From: Alphaproteobacteria bacterium | Lineage (GTDB): Bacteria > Pseudomonadota > Alphaproteobacteria > Caedimonadales > UBA9215 | NCBI GenBank assembly: GCA_965204765.1 | Contig: CBDBFG010000002.1 | Coordinates: forward strand, 73,910 to 137,909 | Direction: 5' to 3' | Length of the DNA stretch: 64,000 nt | Shown here: one piece after another, positions 50,873 through 60,712 of the stretch | How the letters are laid out: each line of letters opens with the position of its first letter | How positions within the stretch are numbered: position 1 is the stretch's first letter | Program-made: the position numbers and the translations under genes | Notes under the pieces: generated by a model | Told to the model about the DNA's origin: nothing | Databases searched by the model: none | What the model saw: only the letters and a program-made list of their open reading frames with translations

Positions 50873-52117
50873 ATGTTTTTCTCACGATTTGAACGAACTA
50901 TAGCACTACGTTATCTTAGCCCCGCCAAAAAAGAAGGGGCTATTTCCCTTATTGCCTTCTTTTCTTTTATAGGTATTAGCCTGGGAGTGGCTGCACTAAT
51001 AATCGTCATGTCCGTCATGAATGGCTTTCGACAAGAGTTATTAAATAGCATACTAGGCTTTAAAGGTCATATATGCTTTTATTCTAAAACAGGCAGCGGT
51101 ATCGACAAGCACAATGACATTACCGCTGCACTAAACAAGATAAATCTTGTAAAATCCAGCACACCTTTAATTGAAGAACAATCTATAATTGCAATTAATT
51201 CAAGATATACCGGCGCACTGATTAATGGCATAAGCAAAGAAAGTTTGCAAAACAAGTCTATCATTGCCAATAATATAATCCAAGGCAGTATCCATAATTT
51301 TCAAGGTGCTAAAGCAATTATTGGATATAAAATGGCTATAAACAACGGATTAAAAATTGGGGACACCATCTCTATAATATCACCTAATGGAATTAATAGT
51401 GCATTTGGTACTGTGCCTAAAATACGCCCTCTGGTAATAGCGGCTATTTTTAAAGTCGGTATGAATGATTATGATAAGGGAGTAGCGTTTATTCCATTGG
51501 ATCAAGCACAAAGTTTTTTTAACTACAAAAAGACAGTAAACAGCATAGAAATATTTTCTCATAATCCAGAGCAAATTTATAAATTAAAAAAAATATTATT
51601 GCAAAAATTTCACCAATTCAGAATTATTGATTGGCAACAGGCCAACAGCGTATTTTTTAACTCACTAAAGATAGAAAAGAATGTAATGTTTATAATTTTA
51701 ACCTTAATTATATTAGTTGCAGCTTTGAATATAATTTCTTCCCTGGTCATGCTGGTCAAAGATAAAGCAAAAAATATCGCTATTTTGCGCACTATGGGTG
51801 CTAATAGAAATTCTATTATTAAAATATTTTTTCTTACTGGCTTTATCATTGGTACCACTGGAATAATTGTTGGGTTACTGTTTGGTCTGTTGTTTGTTTA
51901 TAACATCGAAACAATAAGGCAATACCTAGAATCATTTTCCGGTGCCACATTATTTAGTGATGAAATATATTTCTTATCTCAATTACCGGCAAAAGTAGAT
52001 ACAATGGAAGTAACAGCAATCATTACAATTTCCATATTGCTAGTGTTTATCTCATCAATAATTCCGGCTTGGCGTGCAGCTAAACTTAATCCAGTTGAGG
52101 TTTTGCGCTATGAATAA
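50873..52117 (+). CDS. lipoprotein-releasing system permease LolC/E family
   Basis: FERTIALRYL N-terminus, MacB-like periplasmic domain, C-terminal FtsX-type TM bundle. Followed by lolD. Confidence 0.85.
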   Translation: MFFSRFERTIALRYLSPAKKEGAISLIAFFSFIGISLGVAALIIVMSVMNGFRQELLNSILGFKGHICFYSKTGSGIDKHNDITAALNKINLVKSSTPLIEEQSIIAINSRYTGALINGISKESLQNKSIIANNIIQGSIHNFQGAKAIIGYKMAINNGLKIGDTISIISPNGINSAFGTVPKIRPLVIAAIFKVGMNDYDKGVAFIPLDQAQSFFNYKKTVNSIEIFSHNPEQIYKLKKILLQKFHQFRIIDWQQANSVFFNSLKIEKNVMFIILTLIILVAALNIISSLVMLVKDKAKNIAILRTMGANRNSIIKIFFLTGFIIGTTGIIVGLLFGLLFVYNIETIRQYLESFSGATLFSDEIYFLSQLPAKVDTMEVTAIITISILLVFISSIIPAWRAAKLNPVEVLRYE

Positions 52118-52790
52118 ACAATCAATCGCAAGAGTATACCAGCTGCATAAATCATTTACACAAGGTAGTAAAAAATTAAAGATACTCAATGGAGTAAATA
52201 TAGAGTTATTTAGCGGTGAAATAGTAGCCTTACTTGGCAGTTCAGGCTCAGGAAAATCTACTTTACTACAGCTAATAGGGCTACTTGATTCTTTTGATAA
52301 GGGAGAAATTATTATTAATTTGCAACAAACCTCTTTATTATCTTCTATACAAAGGAATCAATTAAGGCAAACTACACTAGGTTTTGTTTATCAATTTCAT
52401 CATCTGTTACCAGAATTTACTGTGCTAGAAAATGTTATGATGCCACTGTTGATTGCTGGAGAAAACAGTAATATAGCCTCTACTAAAGCGCTAGAAATCC
52501 TTGCGACTATGAATATGAGTAAAAGATCAAACCACCGCCCATCACAATTATCAGGTGGTGAACAACAAAGAGTAGCGATTGCCAGAGCAATGATAAATAA
52601 TCCTCAAATATTATTGGCTGATGAACCAACTGGTAATCTAGACACAAAGAATGCTGAAATAGTATTCAATGAAATGTTGAAAATGGTTAAAACACATAAT
52701 ACCACGGCATTAATTGCTACCCATGATTTAAATCTTGCAAAAAAAGCAGATCGAACTATAGTGTTGGACCAAGGTATAATAATTACTTGA
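52110..52790 (+). CDS. lolD: lipoprotein-releasing system ATP-binding protein
   Basis: Walker A GSSGSGKST, signature LSGGEQQR, Walker B LLADEPTGNLD. The ATG at 52110 overlaps the lolC/E stop. Confidence 0.88.
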   Translation: MNKQSIARVYQLHKSFTQGSKKLKILNGVNIELFSGEIVALLGSSGSGKSTLLQLIGLLDSFDKGEIIINLQQTSLLSSIQRNQLRQTTLGFVYQFHHLLPEFTVLENVMMPLLIAGENSNIASTKALEILATMNMSKRSNHRPSQLSGGEQQRVAIARAMINNPQILLADEPTGNLDTKNAEIVFNEMLKMVKTHNTTALIATHDLNLAKKADRTIVLDQGIIIT

Positions 52791-52855
52791 TTTACTTTTA
52801 GTAAGTTTTAATGTATCAAACAGCAATATTAAGACAAAAAGGCAAAATATAATTC

Positions 52856-53764
52856 ATGAAAAATATAATCAATATTTGCGTATGTACCTTTACTATAATA
52901 TTGCTATACAGCTGTGCACCAACAAGATATTTTTACTCTTCTGGTATGTTTGGCAGCACCCCAGCATCCAAAAAACATGCAAAGAGAGGATATAACAAAC
53001 CATATGTTATCAAAAATAGACGATATTATCCACGTAAACACTATGAATATTCTCAAGTTGGTATGGCATCGTATTATGGTGGAACAGATATCTTCCACGG
53101 ACGTGCAACTTCTACCGGAGAAACATTTAGCAAACATGGTTTAACTGCAGCACATAAAACCTTACCGCTGCCATCTATTGCTAGAGTAACTAACTTAAAA
53201 AACGGACGTAGCGTTGTTGTCAGAATCAATGATAGAGGTCCTTTTGCTAAAAATCGTATAATAGACGTCTCGGAATATGTCGCAAAATTACTAGGTTTTC
53301 ATCATGATGGAGTGGCTAAAGTACATGTTGAATGCTTGGTAAAAGAAAGCATGCTACTTGCCACCAGATATAAACCCAAAAGTTGCGGACCCAGAAACGT
53401 ACATTGTTACAATTTTTATAATAGGATATTTCACTCTGTATTCCCTCGATCTTACAGCTATACATCGCCATATATCAAACAGCCTAGCTCAAGAATATTA
53501 AATGCCAAGCTACGACCTAGACGCGCTACGATAAAAAAAACATATATTCAAACAGGGACATTCAATTCTACCAAACGAGCGCAACAGTTAAAAAGAGTAA
53601 TTTATCAAAAACTAAGGTTACCCAGTAAAGTAGATAGTTACACTAAGAATAGAAAAAAATATTATCGCGTGCTTATTGGCCCGATCAAACCAGGATATGA
53701 GCAAAGAATAGCCGCGAAACTTAAAGAAATCAAAATTAAAGATGCGTTTATCATTAAAAAGTAA
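52856..53764 (+). CDS. rlpA: septal-ring lytic transglycosylase RlpA family protein with a C-terminal SPOR domain
   Basis: Lipoprotein-like N-terminus (LLYSC), DPBB domain (GMASYYGG...HGRATSTGE...AAHKTLPLPS...RINDRGPF), SPOR-like C-terminus (YIQTGTF...YRVLIGP). Confidence 0.85.
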   Translation: MKNIINICVCTFTIILLYSCAPTRYFYSSGMFGSTPASKKHAKRGYNKPYVIKNRRYYPRKHYEYSQVGMASYYGGTDIFHGRATSTGETFSKHGLTAAHKTLPLPSIARVTNLKNGRSVVVRINDRGPFAKNRIIDVSEYVAKLLGFHHDGVAKVHVECLVKESMLLATRYKPKSCGPRNVHCYNFYNRIFHSVFPRSYSYTSPYIKQPSSRILNAKLRPRRATIKKTYIQTGTFNSTKRAQQLKRVIYQKLRLPSKVDSYTKNRKKYYRVLIGPIKPGYEQRIAAKLKEIKIKDAFIIKK

Positions 53765-54518
53765 CAAGAACACACGAGGATCAATTTTGATTTTTCTTAG
53801 CAGAGCAGTATACGCAATCGTTAGCATATGTTTATCACACAATATTAACCAAGCTTCCCATTGTTATTATGAGCAACAATACAGTGATACGACAAAGGCA
53901 ACTTATGCCTTTTGTCCAGACGATAATCATATGAAAGATCTGACCTGTGCAGTGGAAACGCCAATGTCACAACAAGACATTGATGAATCAAGACGACTGG
54001 TGCAACATTTAGGTAGAATCAACGCATATGATATATTATCACATACCAAACCTGTTTATACCTTAATGTTGCCACTAGGGATGAGAAATGCCTTCATAGA
54101 TATAATCCTAAATATGAAACGATCTTTTGCTATACAATTGATTGAAGAACTAAAACTATTGTTTACCGCTTTAAACATTCATAGTATTAGCCTACACGCA
54201 AAAGAAACCATTTTATTCATACAATCCATAGCACCATTGCATTCAGAAAATAGAAAAAACGTATTTCACAACATGCTAAAGTTAAATGATTACTTACCAG
54301 AGTGTAATAGAGAATTCAACATAATGAGTATTGGACAAACTTTAGTACCAATCAATATGTGTGAACGTGATGAGTTTATCAATACAATCCAAGTTGTCTT
54401 TACTGGCTTTGTACAAGATTATACACAAATAGCACAAATAATCCCTACACTGTACCATAACGGCAATCGTTCATATACAATAGGTCTTTGGACAAACTAT
54501 CACACAATCGCAGTCTAG
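53742..54518 (+). CDS. hypothetical secreted/membrane-anchored helical-repeat protein
   Basis: Hydrophobic N-terminus. Iterated roughly 17-19-aa helices with an L-x-x-x-(E/N)-R-x-x-F/L pattern (LHAKETILFIQS, LHSENRKNVFHNM, ECNREFNIM, CERDEFINTI). Confidence 0.4.
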   Translation: MRLSLKSNKNTRGSILIFLSRAVYAIVSICLSHNINQASHCYYEQQYSDTTKATYAFCPDDNHMKDLTCAVETPMSQQDIDESRRLVQHLGRINAYDILSHTKPVYTLMLPLGMRNAFIDIILNMKRSFAIQLIEELKLLFTALNIHSISLHAKETILFIQSIAPLHSENRKNVFHNMLKLNDYLPECNREFNIMSIGQTLVPINMCERDEFINTIQVVFTGFVQDYTQIAQIIPTLYHNGNRSYTIGLWTNYHTIAV

Positions 54519-54768
54519 CAGGCATGTTTTCTAATGCCCAAGCGATGATATATTTTCTACAGTCAGTACATATGGAAAATATGCAATCATAAATATAGTA
54601 TTGGCAAATATTACTGCAAATAACACAGTATTTGATAAATAGTATTGTTAATGGTAACTTGCTTTTATTATATCAGCGTAGGTTATGTATATTTTTATCA
54701 TTTTATTCAACCTAATCGTTACTATTACATAACAGTGTACCGCTCTAGACGCAGAGCAATCATTTTCC

Positions 54769-55568
54769 TTGGCCATCAGTACCGGAAGAAATTTTGCGCG
54801 AATCAAAACTCCACCTATAGCAAATATAAGTATTGATCAAAATACCAAAATACTAGCAGAGAGAAGGTTAAAAGCACTACTAGCGAATTATAGCGCAACA
54901 GATTTTACTTACCTGCAATCTAAAATGTGGCGCAACCCATGTGCTAAGGTAATAGCTACTGGAACAACCGCAGCTGTGGCTGCTTGGGGTACCAGTGTCG
55001 CATTTCTACCAATGGCTGTTGGATTAGGGTTAAGTTGGGGAGCAGAAGAATTAATCAAAAGAAAATCACGACTGTGGAGATTAACGGCAAGTGGTTGTAC
55101 CATTACTGGTAGCACAATTACAATTGCAAGTAGTTGCGCTAAAGAAACAGCAACTGAATGCGTTGTATCTATGCCTTGCTTAGTAGCTATTCCATTTACC
55201 GCTGCTAGTGGCGCTATCTTTACCCGAGGACAAGTAGTTGCGCTAAAGAAACAGCAACTGAATGCGTTGTATCTATGCCTTGCTTAGTAGCTATTCCATT
55301 TACCGCTGCTAGTGGCGCTATCTTTACCCGAGGATTGGTTGCACATTTTACCGATCAAAATACAATCTGTAATGAACATAAGAAAACTGTCGTAGACGTA
55401 CTAAGCAACTATATAGCTGCTCATCATTCAGAACGTGATAGAACGAGATTAACTAGATTATTAGATGGTAAATTAGCTAATATTGACGATGACAGGATCA
55501 ACAAAACAAATATCAATCTAGCTACTTGGGTTTGGAATGTATTACATCCTGATAATCAACAGCAATAA
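54769..55568 (+). pseudogene. membrane protein gene disrupted by a 104-bp tandem duplication
   Basis: ORFs 54769-55287 and 55275-55568 become one 231-codon frame if one duplication copy is removed. TM-like segments (TAAVAAWGTSVAFLPMAVGLGLSWGA). The only start in frame at 54769 is TTG. Confidence 0.6.
55127..55334. repeat. exact 104-bp direct tandem duplication (2 copies)
   Basis: 55127-55230 and 55231-55334 are identical on base-by-base reading (caagtagttgcgctaaagaaacagc...ctttacccgagga). Confidence 0.95.
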
Positions 55569-55628
55569 TAATAGGAATTTATTGACCATGGTGTAATTTA
55601 CTTTTACAATGGTGATAAGGAGTAAAAG

Positions 55629-56099
55629 ATGCCCAAGTTGTTAATATTTATGTTACTTTGCTGCAATGCTTTATCGCTATAGGCGTATTTCCTAGAAAGT
55701 TTGCGCTTCCCCGATGATTCTGAATCATCACGTAACAGCTTTTGCAGGTTTTCTTATGCGATCAGACTGCATCTTGCCGAAAATGATGATGAGGTAAGAA
55801 AACACGTAGCACAAGGTAATAAATATTTCAATAGGTACACACGTACCGATTCGCCATATGATGGCGCGCTTACTTTACATGAATATATTCAAGCAGCAGA
55901 ATTAGGGCATGTTGGATCATTAAGATTTATTGGCCTCATGTTTAAAAAAGGCACAATGGGTATTTCAAAACAATGGTTTCGAGGATCGACGTATTTAAAA
56001 AAAGCAGATGAATTAGACCAAAGTCACCTCTACTCCACCAGATTAACGCCCAGAGGTTATTCACCTTTACTTAGTTACGACCATAAAAAGCAAGATTAG
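55629..56099 (+). pseudogene. Sel1-repeat protein gene with an in-frame TAG after the signal peptide
   Basis: ATG at 55629 encodes MPKLLIFMLLCCNALSL then TAG (55680-55682). The same frame continues into ORF 55701-56099, which has a Sel1-like unit (AAELGHVGSLRFIGLMFKKG). Confidence 0.45.
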
Positions 56100-56117
56100 C
56101 TCCCCCCTCTATATTCT

Positions 56118-57437
56118 TTACTCAATAGAGAATATCGCAGGAATATTTTTCACAGTTTTAGGGAGTAATAATTCTGTCACTGCCCAAACCAACGCATCTA
56201 ATCTATCCGGTGATTTTGCAGTTTTGCCAGGAACATAGTCAATCATTTGTTGCTCTAATATAGCTAAATCTCCATTGGACAAATGCTTTACTTTATTTCT
56301 TTGATATAGGCATAATACTGGCTCTGCTCGCAAAACTTTACCACGACTGGCATATACCCCTTTAAATGGAATACTATGGTCTATTGAGCGAATAATACTT
56401 TCAACTAAATCGCCGCCCTGATTATTTTCTGCTACTATACAATCCGCATTATAATTATGATATTCATGGATTGCTTTTCTGGCCCATTCTGCTGGACCAT
56501 ATCTACCACTTATATCCTTTAGCACATACACCGTATCACCATTATCCTTACCGGCCACTATAATACCAGTCTCATCACTTTTCACACCAGAAGTAACCGC
56601 AGGATCAATAGCGATGATTATTCGTGATAACTCAGGTATCTCTTTATTAATCACTTGTGCTTGATTGATTAAAGTGCGAGACCACAATGCCCCGGTATTA
56701 TCATTTAATATTTTCCCTTCAATTTCTTGTTGCCCCAAATTAGTACCAGAATATTTATTTTTTAAATAAGCAATAAACTGCGGAGATAAATTTTCTTGGT
56801 TATCAAATGTTGATCCTCGTGTAACATATACATCACCACTTTTTTCAGCCTCCAACAACTCTTGCAGCAATTTATTAGGCCTTGGAGTTGTCGTAATTAT
56901 TGCCCTGGGACATTTGCCTAATCTTAGGGAAAAATTCAACTGATCCCATACCGCTTTATCATTATTAAACTTAGCTAATTCATCTATCCAAGCAAAATCA
57001 AATTGTGGCCCACGTAATTGTTCATAATTTTCCGCACTAAATATTGTTGCAATACTACCATTAGACCAGGTTAAACGACGTTTAGATGGTTCAAATACTG
57101 GCCTTTCCTTGTCTGGGTACACTGCCAATAATCCACTCGAACCTTCGATCATTACATCGCGCACTTCTGTCTCACTTTGTCCGATTAAAGCAATTCTCTT
57201 GATAGCGTTAGTACTAACGAATTTTTTTATTGTTTCCGCCCCAGTCCTGGTCTTGCCAAACCCTCTACCGGCTAAAATCAGCCACACTCTCCAATTACCT
57301 GGCGGTATTTTCTGGCTAGGACGCGCGTATTTATCCCAATTATATTTTGCAATTAATTCTTGTTTAATATTGATTAGCAATGATATTTTACTACGTAATA
57401 TATGAAGTAATTTTCTATAATTCTTTGATCTTTTCAT
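56118..57437 (-). CDS. phage terminase large subunit, RcGTA g2-like
   Basis: WRVWLILAGRGFGKTRTGAETIKKF matches the Walker-A region of GTA-type TerL (W-x-x-W-L-x-x-G-G-R-G-x-G-K-T-R-x-G-A-E). Walker B-like FAWIDE. C-terminal nuclease region (IIAIDPA...DETGI...CIVAENNQGGD...DRLDALVWA). Confidence 0.88.
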   Translation of the reverse strand: MKRSKNYRKLLHILRSKISLLINIKQELIAKYNWDKYARPSQKIPPGNWRVWLILAGRGFGKTRTGAETIKKFVSTNAIKRIALIGQSETEVRDVMIEGSSGLLAVYPDKERPVFEPSKRRLTWSNGSIATIFSAENYEQLRGPQFDFAWIDELAKFNNDKAVWDQLNFSLRLGKCPRAIITTTPRPNKLLQELLEAEKSGDVYVTRGSTFDNQENLSPQFIAYLKNKYSGTNLGQQEIEGKILNDNTGALWSRTLINQAQVINKEIPELSRIIIAIDPAVTSGVKSDETGIIVAGKDNGDTVYVLKDISGRYGPAEWARKAIHEYHNYNADCIVAENNQGGDLVESIIRSIDHSIPFKGVYASRGKVLRAEPVLCLYQRNKVKHLSNGDLAILEQQMIDYVPGKTAKSPDRLDALVWAVTELLLPKTVKNIPAIFSIE

Positions 57438-57619
57438 TGCCTCACCTTTTCAATACGGCAAGCATGACTATAAAAAACTACATAAACAAATATTTATCTA
57501 AAATAGACAACTATCGTAGCATAGAAATTATGGGTTATAATATTTAAGGACAATAGAAACAACTGGAGTACTCACAAGAAACAAAACTGTGTTCAAATAG
57601 TTATACAAAATATGTAAAA

Positions 57620-57696
57620 TGGTGGACCCTGTAGGACTCGAACCTACGACATCACCGTTATGAGCGGTGTGTTCTAACCAACTGAACTAAGGGTCC
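57620..57696 (-). tRNA. tRNA with CAT anticodon (Met, or lysidine-type Ile2)
   Basis: Cloverleaf: acceptor GGACCCT/AGGGTCC, anticodon loop CTCATAA, T-loop GGTTCGAGTCC, encoded CCA. The acceptor GGaCCCU resembles E. coli tRNA-Ile2 (GGCCCCU) as I recall it. It is not initiator-like. Confidence 0.9.
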
Positions 57697-58288
57697 ACAA
57701 TGTATTTCCAGAACAGTGATAAAATGCAAGAAATAATCTAACTAGTCAATATAAAAAACCGTTATATTCATTTAAGTTTTTTATTTTTTTACACCTCTAC
57801 AGCAGATTAATATTAATGATTACAAAATTAACCTAGGACAGTTAACTAGCATTCATCTGCATCCATAATATTGCCCCCACCACTCGGTTCATATAGAACA
57901 CATTGGTACCAAAAAATTATGAATAAATTAGATTGAATTTGATTAGCATAGATTATCGATACCTTTTCTATTCCAGGTAATTACCATTGCTACTTTGTGA
58001 TCTAAACAATTTTATGCGATTCCTATTATTCAGCATTTCTATAACAACTAATTATTTCATTCCCGCTATTATGATTTGTACTGAACAATACTAACAAACT
58101 GTATAGGTCAATATACATGGTATTACTAAGCCCTACAAGACCTAGCAACAACCATGAATAAACAGGCATCACTAACAATACAAAAAAAATTAATTGTAAC
58201 CCCATAATTAAATCAGCCAAACATACGATCACTACGCCTTTATATGCAATCGTAGTAATCTAAGCTAGATAACTCAATTTACACCCTG

Positions 58289-60712
58289 TTAATGAGCAAC
58301 AATTACGTCATCTTTCTTACCTGTGGGATGATGCTCACGATCATTACTCCAGATAATAGATTTTGGCTGTTTTACTAATGCCGTTCTAATTACATCACCA
58401 ACATAAGAGACCGGCACTATGCGCAAACCATCTGTCACGTTCGCGGGAATTTCCACTAAATCTTTCTCGTTTTCTTTTGGTATAATTACTGTTTTAATCC
58501 CTGATCTATGCGCAGCTAATAATTTCTCTTTTAACCCACCGATAGGCAACACCCTTCCTCTTAATGTAATTTCACCAGTCATTGCCACATCTTTTTTTAC
58601 CGGGATACCGGTCAACATAGATACTATTGAAGTACAAATCGCAATACCAGCAGACGGACCATCTTTTGGCGTTGCCCCTTCAGGTACATGAATATGAATA
58701 TCATTTTTTTCAAATATTACCGGTGTAATGCCAAAATTGGTAGCGTTGGATTTAACGAAACTAGCCGCAGCTTGTACGGACTCTTGCATCACCTCACCCA
58801 ATTTTCCAGTGATAGTCATTTTTCCTTTACCAGCAACCATCAAAGCCTCTATAAATAAAATATCCCCTCCTACCTCAGTCCACGCCAGACCAGTAGTTGT
58901 TCCAACCATATCATTACTTTCTTGTTCGCCGTAAAGATATTTACGTACCCCCAGATACTTACTGACGGTACGTTCAGTAATTTTTATAGTCTTCTTCTTT
59001 TTATCACTAATAATATCTTTCAGTGCTTTTCGTAATAATTTTGATATTTCACGCTCAAGTGCACGCACCCCAGCTTCTCTTGTATAATATCTAATTACCT
59101 CACGTAACGCCTTGTCAGATATACTCCATTCACTCTCTGCTAGACCGTGTTTTTCTTTTTGCTTAGGAATTAAATGCTTACAAGCTATTTTTACTTTCTC
59201 ATCTTCTGTATAACCAGATAATCTAATAATCTCCATACGATCAAGCAAAGGTTGCGCCATATTCATACTATTAGCAGTAGTTACAAACATCACATCCGAC
59301 AGATTATAATCAACCTCAAGATAATGGTCATTAAATTTATCATTTTGCTCTGGATCAAGAACTTCTAGTAATGCCGAAGATGGGTCTCCACGCCAATCGG
59401 AACCTAACTTATCGATTTCATCTAATAAGAACAAAGGATTCGAAGAACCAGCTTTTTTCATCCCTTGTACTAACTTACCTGGCATAGAACCTATATAAGT
59501 CCGGCGATGACCACGAATTTCTGACTCATCACTTACCCCACCTAATGCCACTCTCACAAACTTTCTACCAGTAGCCTTGGCAATAGATTCACCTAATGAT
59601 GTTTTTCCAACACCAGGAGGACCAACTAAACATAAGATACTACCATTTACTTTTCCGACTCTTGACTGTACAGCTAGGTGCTCAATGATACGTTCTTTTA
59701 CCTTTTCAAGGCCATAATGATCTTTATTAAGTGTCTTTTCAGCCTCAAAAATATCTTTTTTTATTTTTGTGCTATTGCTCCATGGAATACCTAATAACCA
59801 ATCAAGATACCCTCGTACTACTGTTGCTTCAGATGACATGGGGTTCATAGCCTTTAATTTTTTCAATTCCCCTTCAGCCTTCTCTCTTGCTTCCTTGGTC
59901 AATTTTAATTTTTTTATCTTTGTGAATATCTCGTCTGCTTCATTCACTAAATCTGTTTCAGTACCTAATTCTTTTTGAATAGCCTTGATTTGTTCATTCA
60001 GATAGTACTCACGTTGAGATTTTTCCATTTGATGTTTTACTCGGCTTCTAATGCGCTTTTCAGCTTCTAGAATACCAATTTCTGCCTCCATAAAGCCGCA
60101 TATCGCCTCTAATCTGTCATTGATGTCTATAATCTCTAACAAATGCTGTTTTTTTTCGACTTTAATCAATAAATGAGCCGCTAATGTATCAGCAAGACCA
60201 CTAGGATTAGTTATCTTCATAACATTAGTTAATGCTTCTTGTGGAATCTTTGGGTTTAGCTTCAAGTATTTTTCAAACAATTTATTGGCTGTTCTAACAT
60301 GCGCTTCTGATTTGTTACGCACAACATTATCATTTATCGGGGAAAGCACAGTTACATCAGCCCTAAAACAATCCTTGGATAAATTTAAATCAACAATCTT
60401 CGCACGTTTTTCACCTTCAACTAATACTTTTACAGTACCATCGGGTAGTTTCAGCATCTGCAGTACCTGCGCCACTGTACCCATCTTATATAAGTCATCG
60501 TTTTTTGGCGTTTCTAACGATGGATCTTTTTGTGTAAGCAAAAGTATTTTTTGATTGCTACTCATAGCGTTTTTCAAAGACTGTATAGATTGCTCTCTTC
60601 CTACAAAGAGAGGAACTATCATATTAGGAAAAACAACAATATCACGCAAAGGCAACACTGGTAAATTACTTAAGTGGCTAGATCCACTTGGTGTACTGAC
60701 TATTTTGTCCAA
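58289..60712 (-). CDS. lon: ATP-dependent Lon protease
   Basis: LPVLPLRDIVVFP N-domain, Walker A GPPGVGKTS, catalytic PKDGPSAG. Likely TTG start at 60712, preceded by AAGGAG. The ORF track extends to a TTG at 60772. Confidence 0.93.
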   Translation of the reverse strand: MDKIVSTPSGSSHLSNLPVLPLRDIVVFPNMIVPLFVGREQSIQSLKNAMSSNQKILLLTQKDPSLETPKNDDLYKMGTVAQVLQMLKLPDGTVKVLVEGEKRAKIVDLNLSKDCFRADVTVLSPINDNVVRNKSEAHVRTANKLFEKYLKLNPKIPQEALTNVMKITNPSGLADTLAAHLLIKVEKKQHLLEIIDINDRLEAICGFMEAEIGILEAEKRIRSRVKHQMEKSQREYYLNEQIKAIQKELGTETDLVNEADEIFTKIKKLKLTKEAREKAEGELKKLKAMNPMSSEATVVRGYLDWLLGIPWSNSTKIKKDIFEAEKTLNKDHYGLEKVKERIIEHLAVQSRVGKVNGSILCLVGPPGVGKTSLGESIAKATGRKFVRVALGGVSDESEIRGHRRTYIGSMPGKLVQGMKKAGSSNPLFLLDEIDKLGSDWRGDPSSALLEVLDPEQNDKFNDHYLEVDYNLSDVMFVTTANSMNMAQPLLDRMEIIRLSGYTEDEKVKIACKHLIPKQKEKHGLAESEWSISDKALREVIRYYTREAGVRALEREISKLLRKALKDIISDKKKKTIKITERTVSKYLGVRKYLYGEQESNDMVGTTTGLAWTEVGGDILFIEALMVAGKGKMTITGKLGEVMQESVQAAASFVKSNATNFGITPVIFEKNDIHIHVPEGATPKDGPSAGIAICTSIVSMLTGIPVKKDVAMTGEITLRGRVLPIGGLKEKLLAAHRSGIKTVIIPKENEKDLVEIPANVTDGLRIVPVSYVGDVIRTALVKQPKSIIWSNDREHHPTGKKDDVIVAH

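Noticed and set aside
54645-54836. 63-aa ORF upstream of and overlapping the disrupted membrane gene
   Set aside because: It has Tyr/Ile-rich AT-driven composition and no RBS, so it is likely spurious.
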